A stretch of DNA of 64,000 nt from Paraglomus brasilianum. Taxonomy: Eukaryota. The notes beneath the pieces are model-generated. The model saw nothing but the letters and a program-made list of their open reading frames with translations, made no database searches and was not told where the DNA came from. Shown piece after piece: positions 29,410 through 40,580 of this stretch. Within the stretch, counting starts at the first letter, position 1, and each line of letters opens with the position of its first letter. The stretch spans positions 1 through 64,000 of the forward strand of contig CAJVPI010000020.1 of the NCBI GenBank assembly GCA_910592345.1, in the 5' to 3' direction. A program made the position numbers and the translations under genes.

Positions 29410-31655
29410 ATGAATGAGGACGAATGGACTACTGTGAGATCGCGCCATACCGCTCGCGGACGGTCGGGATTCGGTACTCGTGGGCAGTCGCGCGGGCAGC
29501 ACATTAGCAACCAATTCTCAACTACCAGTAGAGGAAATGGTAGAGGAAGCAATACTTGGCGTTCCGGTGGCGGGCACCAGCAACAACAACCGCAACAAGG
29601 AACCAATGATGATACTTTACAGCATAATGGGTTTTCGGTACTAAGGAATACCTCTCTGTCCAATAGGTCTGATCCAAATATAAATCGGCACCTTTCTTCA
29701 TCAGACGAATCCGAATCTTCTGAAAACGAATCTGTCACAAATGATGCTCAAGAGAATTCTCTCCCTCCATATCACATAACATTATCTGTTCGTTGTCCGT
29801 TCCCCGATTGTCTCTTGGAAGAACCATTAACCACTAGCACTGCACTAGTAGATCATTTGAAGTTGGTGCATAAATTACAGTTTGTTAATTTTCACCATGT
29901 TTATATGATACTGGAGAGTTATCTAGACTATTGGGCCAAAAAAGTTGCCGAGAAAGGTGTGGAGAATGTCGGGAGAAAGGAAGCCGGAGAAGAAGGTATG
30001 CAGAATAGTAAGTGTGTAGAGTGGTTGTTCTCTATATAGTGTTTGAAATAAACTTTGGGCATTCCAGGTGAAATATATTTTATTGACCCCGGTAAAATGC
30101 CGCAAGATAAAGAATTACGCGAAAGGCTCCAGCATGAGAAATTGGTCTGTACATGGCTTGATTGTTTAGCAGAATACTTGTTATATAAATTGATAAACTT
30201 TATTGTTAACAATTATCTATTATTGCTCCTAACATTATGGGGCTACAGAACGAAATACTTGCAATTCAAGCGCGTGAACGTATCGAAGAAGCTAGACATG
30301 AACGCAAATGTCTTTTTTGTAAAAACATTTGCGAGAACAGGTAACTGATAGATGATATTGTATTGTTTATTTGTGCTATAACTGTTCCCTGCTTATCCCA
30401 ATTGAGATAAACTTGTCAATCTTTCAACACGGTAGAGCAGTACTATTTCGTCACATGTTTGATGAACATAATTTTAATATTGGTCTCGCAGATAATCTCG
30501 TCAACGTTAACGAGTTTCTCGAGATTTTAGAGAAGAAATTAGCCGGGTAAGAACTATTTATTCCGTCATAAACTAATATTTTTTATTTATGTGATGACTG
30601 TTTATATATTGATTAGGTCCATCTGTAAATGCTTCCAATAGTTTACAATGTATTTATTGTGAGAAAGTATTTGTTACTTCTACAGTGCTTCGTAAGCATA
30701 TGCGCAAAAAGAAACATTTTAAAATTAATGCGCGAAACAGAATATACGATCAATTTTATGTTATTAACTACCTGGTGAGAATACGTCAATGCTACTGTGC
30801 TCATATTAATATCCACAACTCATTAACCAATCAACACAATAAACAGGAGCCAGGAATGAATTGGGAAACGTTTGAAAGAGAGAGATATGATTCAGACGAA
30901 GACAGAAAAGATGAGTAAGTGCTGGCAATATTTCGATGCTGGCAATATTTCGATGCTGGCAATTGTAGATCTGATTTTTTAATTACTCGACTATTTATTT
31001 TTACGGCAAGTTCATGGGAAGATTGGAATGAGATAGTCGAACCAGATCCAACTGTTTGTTTATTCTGTGAACTTGTAGCCAACTCTCCTAAAGAAGCGTC
31101 TCTGCATATGAAACAAAAACATAACTTTGACTTACACGGGGTTCAACGAGAAATGGGTAACAAGCAGACTTGTGTTGTTGTTTTTTCTTTTTCACATGCA
31201 TCAAAGTAACATAAACACACTTTATTAGGACTTGGATTTTATAAAATGATTGCTCTAATAAACTACATTCGTCACAAGACATCCATTAATTCCTGTATGT
31301 CTTGCAACGCGTCGTTTGATACACTACCTCAATTGACGGAGCATATGGAGAAACAGAACTGTTTTAGCAAAGTTCCTGATCTGAATCATGCGTTCTGGAC
31401 AGATCCTCAGTATGATTAATTTGTCTTGCTCAATTTCTGTAATGATTTTTTTTTTACTTAACATGCAAACCAATGTCGCGAATATCGTTTATGTTAACCA
31501 GCTACTTATTTCCAACATACGAGAACGACCCACTCCTTACGGGAGTTGAAGAAGCTGTTGGGAGCGAAGAAAATTCAGGTGACGAGTTATTACAGATTCC
31601 CGAAAATATTGTTATTGTACCTGAGAATAAAAAAGAAGAGTTTGCGCAAATTTGA
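29410..31655 (+). CDS. ZNF277-like C2H2 zinc-finger protein, multi-exon
   Basis: CLFCK...HMFDEHNFNIGLADNLVNVNEFL, CIYCEKVF...LRKHMRKKKHFKI, YDQFYVINYLEPG, YLFPTYENDPLL. Confidence 0.88.
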
Positions 31656-33914
31656 GGACTATTAATCGGGAAGCTGTTCGACGAGCAAGTAAATAAACAT
31701 CATAATAGAAAAAATTTTTCGAAAATGATTATGGAATAAAAATTCGTCAATGCACTACTTACAAAAAAGCGGAACACGTAACTTCCGGGAAAAAGACTTG
31801 TTAGGAGGTTTCAAGACAATGACTCAAAACATACCAGCCGCCTTGCTAAACCCTTTCTTCGGGATAATATATAGACTGGCCTTCTAACAGTTCTAACTTG
31901 AATATCTCTGGAGAATTGTAACATTACTGGAATGGTTTGAGAAATCAAACTTTTTAACAGTCTCGCTGTTAACGTTATAGTGTTCAAATCATCGCAATCC
32001 ACATACGTAATCAAATCAAACAATAAAGTACTACTACTACGTATCATTATTGGCGACCATACAGTACGCCGACGGAACTACAACCACGTTTGTTGATGGT
32101 GAAGAAAGGACTGCTTCGCGAACTTGTTTAGAAAATCCTCCATGACATTATGACAGCCAATTGAAACGACGATAGGGCAAGTTCCGGGATACGTATTACA
32201 AAGAAGGAGCAACGTTTAAGCCAGTCAACTACGTCGCCAACTCTTGTCCATTACCAAAAGCTGCCTTCCGGTATTTCAGCCTTATCGAAGCTATTACTAA
32301 GCAAACTGAATAATATAAGGGTGAAGAAAAAAGCGCTCTTTCAAGTGTTTAAATCAAAGCTTCCCCCTCCGAGAGAAAGCTTCCCTATCGGATATGGCTG
32401 TTGTAAGTACAATCATATTATCCATTTAACGATTTTATGTCACATTTTGACACTACTGTTTCTGATGTACTAGTGGAAGCAGAACGATAGAGTCAAACGG
32501 CGCTTCATCTCAATGGTCCATCAAGCAATGAAGGAGATGAAACGTATCTGAATAATATTGTCATAAGGCAAAGAGCTGAGAGGAGGGCTAGTATAGAGTT
32601 TACTTATGCTAGTGTACAGAATTTGCCTAGACCCTACTGTTACGGTCGAGAATTTTGGGAGAGCGATTTATCTTTCGCGTAGGTGTGTTCGCCGACCGGG
32701 GGATGTTACCAGGCTTAGCTGCCCTTACTGCGATAGTTGTGCAATTAAGCCTCAAGTGACCTATTTTAATTATGCGCGCTTCTCACTCCCTATCCGAGTT
32801 TCAGACACTGATAAGGATAGATATTAAAGAATCGAAGGGGAATAATACTATTTTTAAAAAAGATATATAAGTAGCTCTTCCTCCATCGTCAATATTCATG
32901 TTGTAATATTGTTCATGTTGTGAAATAAAAAAATACTACTGATCTTAGTAGTAGATTATTAGACTGGACACTCCAATAAACGGCTCACTTAAGCTGTGAC
33001 GGAATAGCATTGATCAGATCAAGCTAATAAGCTGTCCACGGATCAACTACGTGAATAACGGAACGAGAGTTCATAACTAATCATCGAGACGAATATTCTT
33101 TAATTAGTTTAGTAAAGACAAGTGGACTAGTCGACACACAATAAATCATGACTGCGGAGGAAGATTTTAAACAGCAACAGTAAGTGAGCTAACGCTGTAA
33201 CATACGTTCTTAAATGAAATGGACCAAATAAGCGCTTAATTTTATCCGTACAAGAATGCTGTAATGGCAGCTCGCTATATCGAAAACAAATAATTTAATG
33301 AGCATTGTTTACCTTTTAATGTTAACAAACATCTGTTTTTCCTGATTTAGTTCGTCCACTGACCAATAAACTAAAAGGTCATTGGGATTGAGAATGTGCG
33401 ATATGCATTGATAAAGCTTTTCAAATTCAACAAACGGAAAAATTTACTATAGATATAAAAGCGAAGATATTTGATCGTAATATGCTATTCTTTCTCAATA
33501 ACCAGCTCATATTTGTACTTTATCGATTGTACTAAGTTTGTTGAAGTAAGCGTCAAACTAACATTGACGCGCTATTTTTTAAGGTATGGTTAAGAAATAC
33601 TTTAATTTCGATAATAAAGAGAAACGATTGCTATTCGTTGTTCTATAGATGCGCTGTAGAGGCACGCAATCTCTTGCCTATTAAGGAAAGCCCTGTAAAC
33701 GTACCCCCATAAATGCAACCCGCGTAAATGCAACCCCATAAAGCTACTAAAACGTTTCCGTATGAAGGAATCTCCGTTATAAACATGACCGCTTCTTTTC
33801 CATAAACATCTACATAATCTTTTCCCTAGAATTCCTCATTCCAACGTCCATATCATTCACTCTCCTCACAATGGCGTGAACCATCTTTGTCCACGGAATT
33901 CCTAATGACCGAAT

Positions 33915-34075
33915 GAAGCATCAGAACCGACTGCTGTATACTGCCTTTTTACTTCTTTACCTCCAACGTCCCTAATGAATCAACATCTCTCCAGCCACAT
34001 CATGGCTGCTGTCATACTTGCTAGCCATCCGTCTATCAGCACAACCAGAAATCAGTGTCGATTGACATCATCAAT
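33915..34075 (-). pseudogene. Possible Ulp1/C48 peptidase remnant (Mutator-type transposon cargo)
   Basis: Minus strand reads DDVNRH*FLVVLIDG (stop where HW is expected), then YDS and IQQ..GSD across frameshifts. This is the order of the Ulp1 catalytic motifs. Confidence 0.3.
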
Positions 34076-34520
34076 ATTCTTTTTATTTTATCTTTATCTT
34101 TGTCTATGTAATGGAATCACAACTCTTATAATAAAAAAAAAAAGATGATTTTGAAATGACTGCCATTATGATACTTATTTTTATATACACTAAATTCCAA
34201 CATTATCGGGAAAGTTCCCTCCTCAGTTGTCATCCTAGTTATCACAAATAATATTAAGTAACAATTTCCTCGATAATCCTCTACAAAATGCTACATTCAT
34301 AAGCGATTCTTTTTTGGAGTATTCATTCTCGGTAATGGCCAACTCTAAAAAACATGAGTAAATGCATGTTACGTATAAGGGACTTTATATTAATCCGTCT
34401 CAATACCCCAGAGCATTTGTATAATTTAAATTACAAAGAAAAAAAAAAGAATGTACAAAGAGAAGATAATTAATTTAACAGAATTATATTCAGACAAGAG
34501 TATCTATATCAAAGTGTCTC

Positions 34521-35959
34521 CTATGCAGCATCCGTCCGTTTAAGGGGCAATAAAGAATCGTCTAAAGAAGAATGCGATTCCGGGAATGCTTCCAAGCAAG
34601 TATCATCACGGTATAGGGAGAGGAATGTGTCTGTACCGTGGCCTTCCATTGACACAAAAGAAAGATCACCACCAAAATCTAATCAACAGGGAAAGGTCAA
34701 CGTAAATTGTTAGCAAAGATCCCATGCTTTACCCTTATCTATCAGCTTGCAAACACTTACATCGTGCAGTAACCCTAGCAAACGGTAAACTAACGCCAAC
34801 ACCGCAATCAAACGGTCTCTCTACATGCTCTTTTTCTTTTACATCTGCCTCCAACTGGCCTTCATCATCATACACGAAGTAACTCCAAGCGTCATCCATA
34901 GCAGACATTGGCATGCCACCTCCGTGATCTGATATTTTTATTGTTATATCCTGTGCCCCCTGGGCTATTAATATGGATATTGGTGGAAGACTAGAGTTTG
35001 GTTTTGGTGATTGCGCAGAAGATGAAGTGAGAAAGGAAGAAAAGAGTAACCCGCGAGATTGAGAAGGTATAGAAGATGATGGGTCAGAAGGTGAGAATTC
35101 AGGAGAATGGTGTCGTATCGTAGTACGAATAGAGTTTCTGAGCAGTTCGCATAAAATACTGTGAAGGTGCTCTTCGATATGAATGGTTGTAGCAGTAGGA
35201 TCTGTTGTAAATAATTGAATTTCGGGCACTGGACGGCTGTATGAGCCAGTTGAAAAAATGGCGAGTCGGTTTAATACTATCAGTTGATTGATTCTTCACT
35301 GCAACGTTTAGTTAGACTTACTTGTACAATTTTTCACAATAGTTTCTTGTGTCTTTAATCGCTCGCTCAGCCACATCCTTTGGGGCAATCCTCGTGACTA
35401 AATTTTTCTTTTCGTCATGTAAGGCTAAGTGTTGGGCCATAAGTAACCGGGTTCCTAAAGTAATAGCATAAAATCTATCCCATATCTCTTCCGTATCCAA
35501 GTGCTTGATCTTTTCTATCCCATTCAAATCTATTATTTCTCTGAATGCTTGTCTCAATGTTACCAAGTTTATCCTGTGCTCTTTTTTCAGCAATCTCAAA
35601 ACTTTAGTATATTCCTCTTCCTTTGTTTCGTTTTCTGGCTTAGATATACTCATAAGAATGCTAATATAGTCATAATATTGTCGAGTGAATTTCTTAAATG
35701 TAGATAGAGTGGTGAATTCTTGAGGCATCAAAGATGAATGAAGTATTTTGAGTGTTTGAGAGAGACGTATGGGTAACTCAGCATGGAGAAACTGAGCAGG
35801 TATAATATATTTTTTTTGAGAAGAGGAGTCTAGCACATGACGACCGACAGTATATAAATGTGAGAGAGAGACACGAGTGGGACGTTGAATTGACAGTTTC
35901 GTGAGCGTTTCGTGTGGAATAGCGCGCATTACAGATGATGGAACAGGAACCATGTTCAA
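34521..35959 (-). CDS. Mitochondrial PDK/BCKDK-family (GHKL) protein kinase, divergent, 3 exons
   Basis: PTRVSLSHL, FLHAELPIRL, DRFY...GTRLLMAQHLAL, ELLRNS (N box), IKISDHGGG (G1), FGGDLSFVSMEGHGTDTFL. Confidence 0.85.
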
Positions 35960-37659
35960 ATTGAGCGTGAGGAGATGAGATAATGAGAGTACCAGACAAT
36001 GGTGTGTGGTACCTCGTCTGTCGAAGGTTGGAATTTATATGTTTTTTGTAATCAATTAGGCTATATTAAAATTAGGGGGTACGACATCAAGTCTGTACTA
36101 ATATTAATATATATATTGTATTGTGCTCTATTTCGTGCTAATACAAATTAACATTCTTAGTAATTCTTATTGTGACGTAAACACTGATACTTAGTAATAA
36201 TAAGTCCCTAGCTTACCTAGAAATGTTTGCTTAACTATGATGCGATGATTAACACCACAGAGACCAACTCCTCGTTTTTACAGTACGTACAGTCAAATCG
36301 CGTTAATATTGCCTTTACCATTACGCTTATCATTGCGGGGTCAACGACTATTTTGAGAATCTTTGGAGCAACTAACTAATCTTAGAAATACAGCATGGCC
36401 TGAACTTCCCGATTTGCATGTTGAAGAATGATCTCCTTGTCGGCGTAAAGAATGAGGGACCGGTTGGCAGAAGGTGTCTAGTACTAGAGTAATGGTAATC
36501 AATTAACATTGGAGAGACAGATTGGTGCTTTACTATGCAGGAGGAGAAATTGTAAGGGGCTAATGCCGAAGGATAATCGCAGTTCTTTGCCTTTTGGCAA
36601 GTCATTCCCACAAATCTCAACTGTTCCGGGAACATATTATTTGTGCTCATCACGTGTATTACTCACGGCGCATAATCTAATCTAATATTAATCAGATGAT
36701 CGTTTCATTGATGACACGTTTTCACAAATTCAATTAATTATCTGCACCCTTTGTAATCAAATTTCTTATTAGTATTAGTACGGTTATTTAGTTGTCTTTA
36801 ATACGACTGGGTTGTATATTACAATACGCCTTTCTGCTATTAAACAAGTGTATTAAGCAGTAAAACCATATATGCAACGAAAGTCAAGGAATTAGAATAC
36901 ATACACCATCAAAGCTCATGTCATAAAACTCGTCGGGGTAAATGACACTTCTAAAAATGTGCATGTGTTACTATTCGGTATTGCTATGTGAAACAGTAAT
37001 TATTGTGTCATTATTTATTTGCTGATAAGAGCCCAATTTATTGGTCGCACGATGCAGATCGTTGTTTCATATCCAAGGACGCGAAATGAGTAATAATGGG
37101 ACTTCATCACCGCATTGATACATCAACACTTCAACCACCAACACACAGAAACAATGATACAACGCATTGACAGTTTGGAGCGATGTGTGCGAAAATGGCA
37201 ACCATATAGCAAGTAATAGATCAAGAGTTTAGACGTATCGATCATTTGTTGCGTATGAAAGAAACTGAATTGGAAAGGAGAGAAAAGACTGGAAAAGCAA
37301 AAGAGAAAAAGTTATTATTATATGGAGAGGTGAATTATATTTTTGCTTATTTAATGGCATTGGACAAAGATGGGTATAGGCAACCAACAGAAAGCTTAAC
37401 AAGATTGCCTTGTTATTTTCAACCACAATATGGAATAATGCTTTTATAAAAATGTAAAATATAATTGAGATCTGAACCAAATTATCAGGAAAATCTTTTT
37501 GAAGCGTCGGGATCTTTCTACTTAAGAACACGAGGGACGGATAAATAACTTTTCTGAATTACCTTATAATAATAGAAGTTTTACAATATATATTTAAAAT
37601 CCTTTTCTTCAATGCAAACAGTCACTTTATGGATTGTAACATATCAATAGTAGGCATTA

Positions 37660-38184
37660 CAGTCAACTCTGGCTATACCGGCCTTGCTTATACCAGGCCA
37701 ATTTTGCTGCACCAATTTAATCTCACCCCTTATAACGGCTGAATCTTAATAACTCTGTTTATAACGGCTCCGGCGCAAGTTACATAAATGTAACCATAAC
37801 TCAACCACTCTTAACTATTATTATGAGAATTTCTGCCAAACATCCTAATAAAGACATAGAACCGCATAAACGCATAAGAACTTCATTAACAGGATTGCAG
37901 AAGAAAGAAATATGCCAAATTAAATTAAATAATCCATCTTTACTAACGCAGAAATTGCTGAAGTGTTTGGTTGTGGCAGTAGACTGTTGGTGATGCTATT
38001 CGTGAGAGCAGAAAATGGCTTGCAATAAACGATGATGATTATGCTCAGCTTCGCAAGAATCGAAGACCAAAATGGCCTGCACTTGAGCAAGCCATAACTG
38101 TTTGGCTTGAAAAACTTCTTTTTGGAAATCAGGATATCGATGGCTCCAACAAAGCTAATCAATTTGCTCGACAAATGAATATTG
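37660..38184 (+). mobile_element. 5' end of a pogo/Tigger-type DNA transposon (TIR start plus CENP-B-type HTH transposase fragment), truncated
   Basis: TA|CAGTCAACTCTGGCTATACCGGC at 37658 with subterminal TATA(C/A)CGGC-like repeats. A frameshifted ORF from 37823 reads RTSLTGLQKKEIC...AEIAEVFGC...TVGDAIRESRKWL...RKNRRPKWPALEQAITVWL...KANQFARQMNI (HTH-psq followed by HTH_Tnp_Tc5). Confidence 0.8.
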
Positions 38185-38290
38185 TTGTAATAATCATTTA
38201 TCACACAAATCATGTGGTTACACAATTTCCTACATGTGTAACAATTCTATACTGCACGCCGGTATAGCCATTTCCGGAGAAAGATTCCCG
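38185..38290 (-). ncRNA. Candidate Fanzor omegaRNA scaffold / element right end
   Basis: Overlaps the Fanzor stop codon and extends downstream. Three consecutive stems on the minus strand: CTATAC..GTATAG, GTTACACA..TGTGTAAC, CACAT..GTGTG. The position matches known TnpB/Fanzor omegaRNAs. Expression is not shown. Confidence 0.45.
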
Positions 38291-39111
38291 GAGCGCCATT
38301 TCCATTACAGTCCCACAATTTCGGCACTTGTACATCTCGGTTCCTATTTTTTGAACGCCACCACACCAGCTGCAAGTTTTTGAAGTATAGGTCTCATTTT
38401 GGATAATAACATGGACCCCTAATTCTTCTGCTTTAGCCACCAGACGTTGGCGAAATTGATGGTGGCCCCAACAGAGCATTTTACGAACGGTTTTTCGTGT
38501 TATCTTTCCTGTTTCTCGATTTACCATATTCGACACCTCAAAAGGAAGAATGATATGGCATCAAATTTGCGAGTAAAAAATGCGACACTCTTTTTATAAA
38601 CTTATTTTGCAGGTGTTTGATTTTTCGTCGCATCTGAAATATTGCCTTATTATTATCAAGTCACAAGGCATTTTTCTTCTTACGTTTTGAACTAGAGGCA
38701 GCCAGCTTGTCCTTTATAGAAAAAAGATCATCCATATGCGAATAATTCGTCTAATGTCGTATAGGCCAATTTACCTACACCTTTAGTAGGAGAGTACCAT
38801 GTGATAGGCCAGGGTTAATGGAAACTGCATGAACAGAACTATCCGTTTGGGTTTCGCGGAGTTGTTTTTGCGTCTCGTAAACCCATGAAAATTTCCATCA
38901 TTAGTTTTGCGAATATATTAATATGTGATCTTGCAATTGAACGCTATTCTGTGAGGAACAGGCCACTTATTATTATACCTTTTTTTCTCGAAACCACAAA
39001 TCGCGTTTATGATAACAGGCTTATGACGGTATGCGATGGATTATGGAGATGGGTGCTATAAAAAGGTTCCACGTGGTGGTTGATCCTATATTTTGGTTAA
39101 TTATCTTGTCC

Positions 39112-39120
39112 CTAAAATTA

Positions 39121-39174
<54 letters not shown>

Positions 39175-39245
39175 ACAAAACAAAACAAAACCAAACAAAC
39201 CAAACAAAACCAAACCAAACAAAAAACAAAAAACAACAATCATAC
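39112..39245 (-). other. Spliceosomal intron inside the Fanzor gene
   Basis: Donor AG|GTATGA, branch-like TACTAAT, acceptor TTTTAG|G. Splicing yields ...ALTAR-DKIINQN. Confidence 0.8.
39125..39238. repeat. (AAAT)n microsatellite (about 12 units) followed by a degenerate (CAAA/CAAAA)n tract
   Basis: Seen directly; lies entirely within the Fanzor intron. Confidence 0.95.
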
Positions 39246-40309
39246 CTAGCAGTTAATGCTCCTCATCGATAATGTTTGCAGGCGCTTTGCCATGTGTACT
39301 TGAAGTAACACTCCAATACGCACAACAATTCGCACGAATTTGCGTTCACCCCATACGCATGATTTTTGAAGTCTCTTGTCCTCATGCTCATTAACGTCTT
39401 TTCCTACACGAACATCCGTGTAAAGCTTAAGCTTATCTTCAATAGGTTGAGATTTTATCCAAACCCGTCGTGATGGACCAATATGCGAATCTTTGGTATA
39501 GAAACGGCGGTATCGACTCCAGCGGACAACTGCATTATAAGCATATCTCGACAAGCTCATCCACCGTTTCAATAGCTGCTTTTGAAGGTAATTTGAATAT
39601 ACTTTGATTAGCGGCGTACGATGGAGAGCTTCCAAGTGTTGTCGTTTGTTGCATGCTGCTGTTGTTCTGATCTTGCGCTTTTTTCCTTGTTTGGGATTCT
39701 CGTCGGGCGACTTTTCTTCCTCGCTTGATTGTAAGAATATCTTGGGAAAGCCCGTGCTCGTCAGAGGTCGCTTCGTTGACGAAAATCATGAGTTTTGTAG
39801 TATGGGGAGAGTGGATGAGGTCGCGCAGAGTCGGTCACAATGGGCAACGACAATTTCTGAGACCATACCGCGACTTTTCCGTTCCAATAAGGTCTTAGGT
39901 TCGTAGGTTGGGAGTTGTTTATAGGTTGGGGAGCTGAGGACCTCCTTTTGCTTAAACCCTTTTTTAGTGGTGGGTGGTGGTTGCTTTGGCGGTGGTGGTG
40001 TTAGCATTGATTGAGGAGAGAGCTTATGATTTTCAAATAAGCAAAATATTGCAATGGTTAAAGAATTTGGGGAATAATGTCTTTAAATATGTTTATGGTT
40101 GCCGGTGCTTGAATGGTGGAGCCTGTGCTTGCATTGAATGAAGCTATTGTCTACGAAAACGGTTCTGAAGCTTTGACTACGAGCATACAACTCTCTCGGC
40201 AATACCCGACGAGTGAGGAATGATTACACATAGACCGGTTGCTTAGTAAAGGTTGCATCGCATTGAACAGCTACACGTATTAGCATTAGACCACTCGCTT
40301 TTGTCAGAG

Positions 40310-40580
40310 AATAGAGTCGCTTCTGAAATATTTTGCCATTCTTCTTCCATAAATTGCTTTAACTTCTCACAATTTTTTGGTGTCTTCTCTCAACATTATA
40401 TTTAACGATACACAAAAGATTTTCTATTGAATTTAAATAGATGGCCAATCCACGTATTTTTCTGAATAAAATCTTTAGCAACTCTAGTATTTGTATACTT
40501 GGGTCATTGTCCTGCTGGAACTTCCACCTTTTACCAAGCATTTGATTGATTTCAGGACATAAAAGTTTGCATTCATTGGA
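40310..40580 (-). mobile_element. Tc1/IS630-type DDE transposase C-terminal remnant
   Basis: Across frameshifts: MNANFY...PEINQMLGKRWKFQQDNDPKYT...DWPS..LNSIENL..IVKYNVERR...LKQFMEEEWQNISEATL. Confidence 0.85.

Larger units (their letters stand above)
38247..40007 (-). pseudogene. Fanzor2 (IS607 TnpB-like) RNA-guided endonuclease, full-length, decayed, one intron
   Basis: Collinear motifs across frameshifts: NS*FS (W to stop), IKVYSNYLQKQLLKRWMSLSRYAYN, RuvC-I VSINPG, MRRKIKHLQ, LPFEVSNMV, RKTVRKMLCWGHHQFRQRL, RuvC-II NETYTSKTCSWCG, CRNCG, NGAPGIFLR. Confidence 0.92.

Noticed and set aside
30920..30963. 17-nt tandem duplication GCTGGCAATATTTCGAT (about 2.5 copies)
   Set aside because: A simple slippage repeat inside a ZNF277 intron, with no spacers and not CRISPR-like.
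37246..37449. Short ORF containing YGEVNYIF, reminiscent of a CACTA/Plavaka transposase tail
   Set aside because: Too short and degenerate to assign.
39021..39239. 72-aa hydrophobic ORF (FVYLFIYLFIY...)
   Set aside because: It is the translation of the intronic microsatellite, not a membrane protein.
40190..40213. LVGYCRES on the minus strand upstream of the Fanzor, resembling the IS607 serine recombinase YxRVS motif
   Set aside because: Only a short imperfect match. There are under 200 nt before the Fanzor ATG and no other TnpA motif, so chance cannot be excluded.
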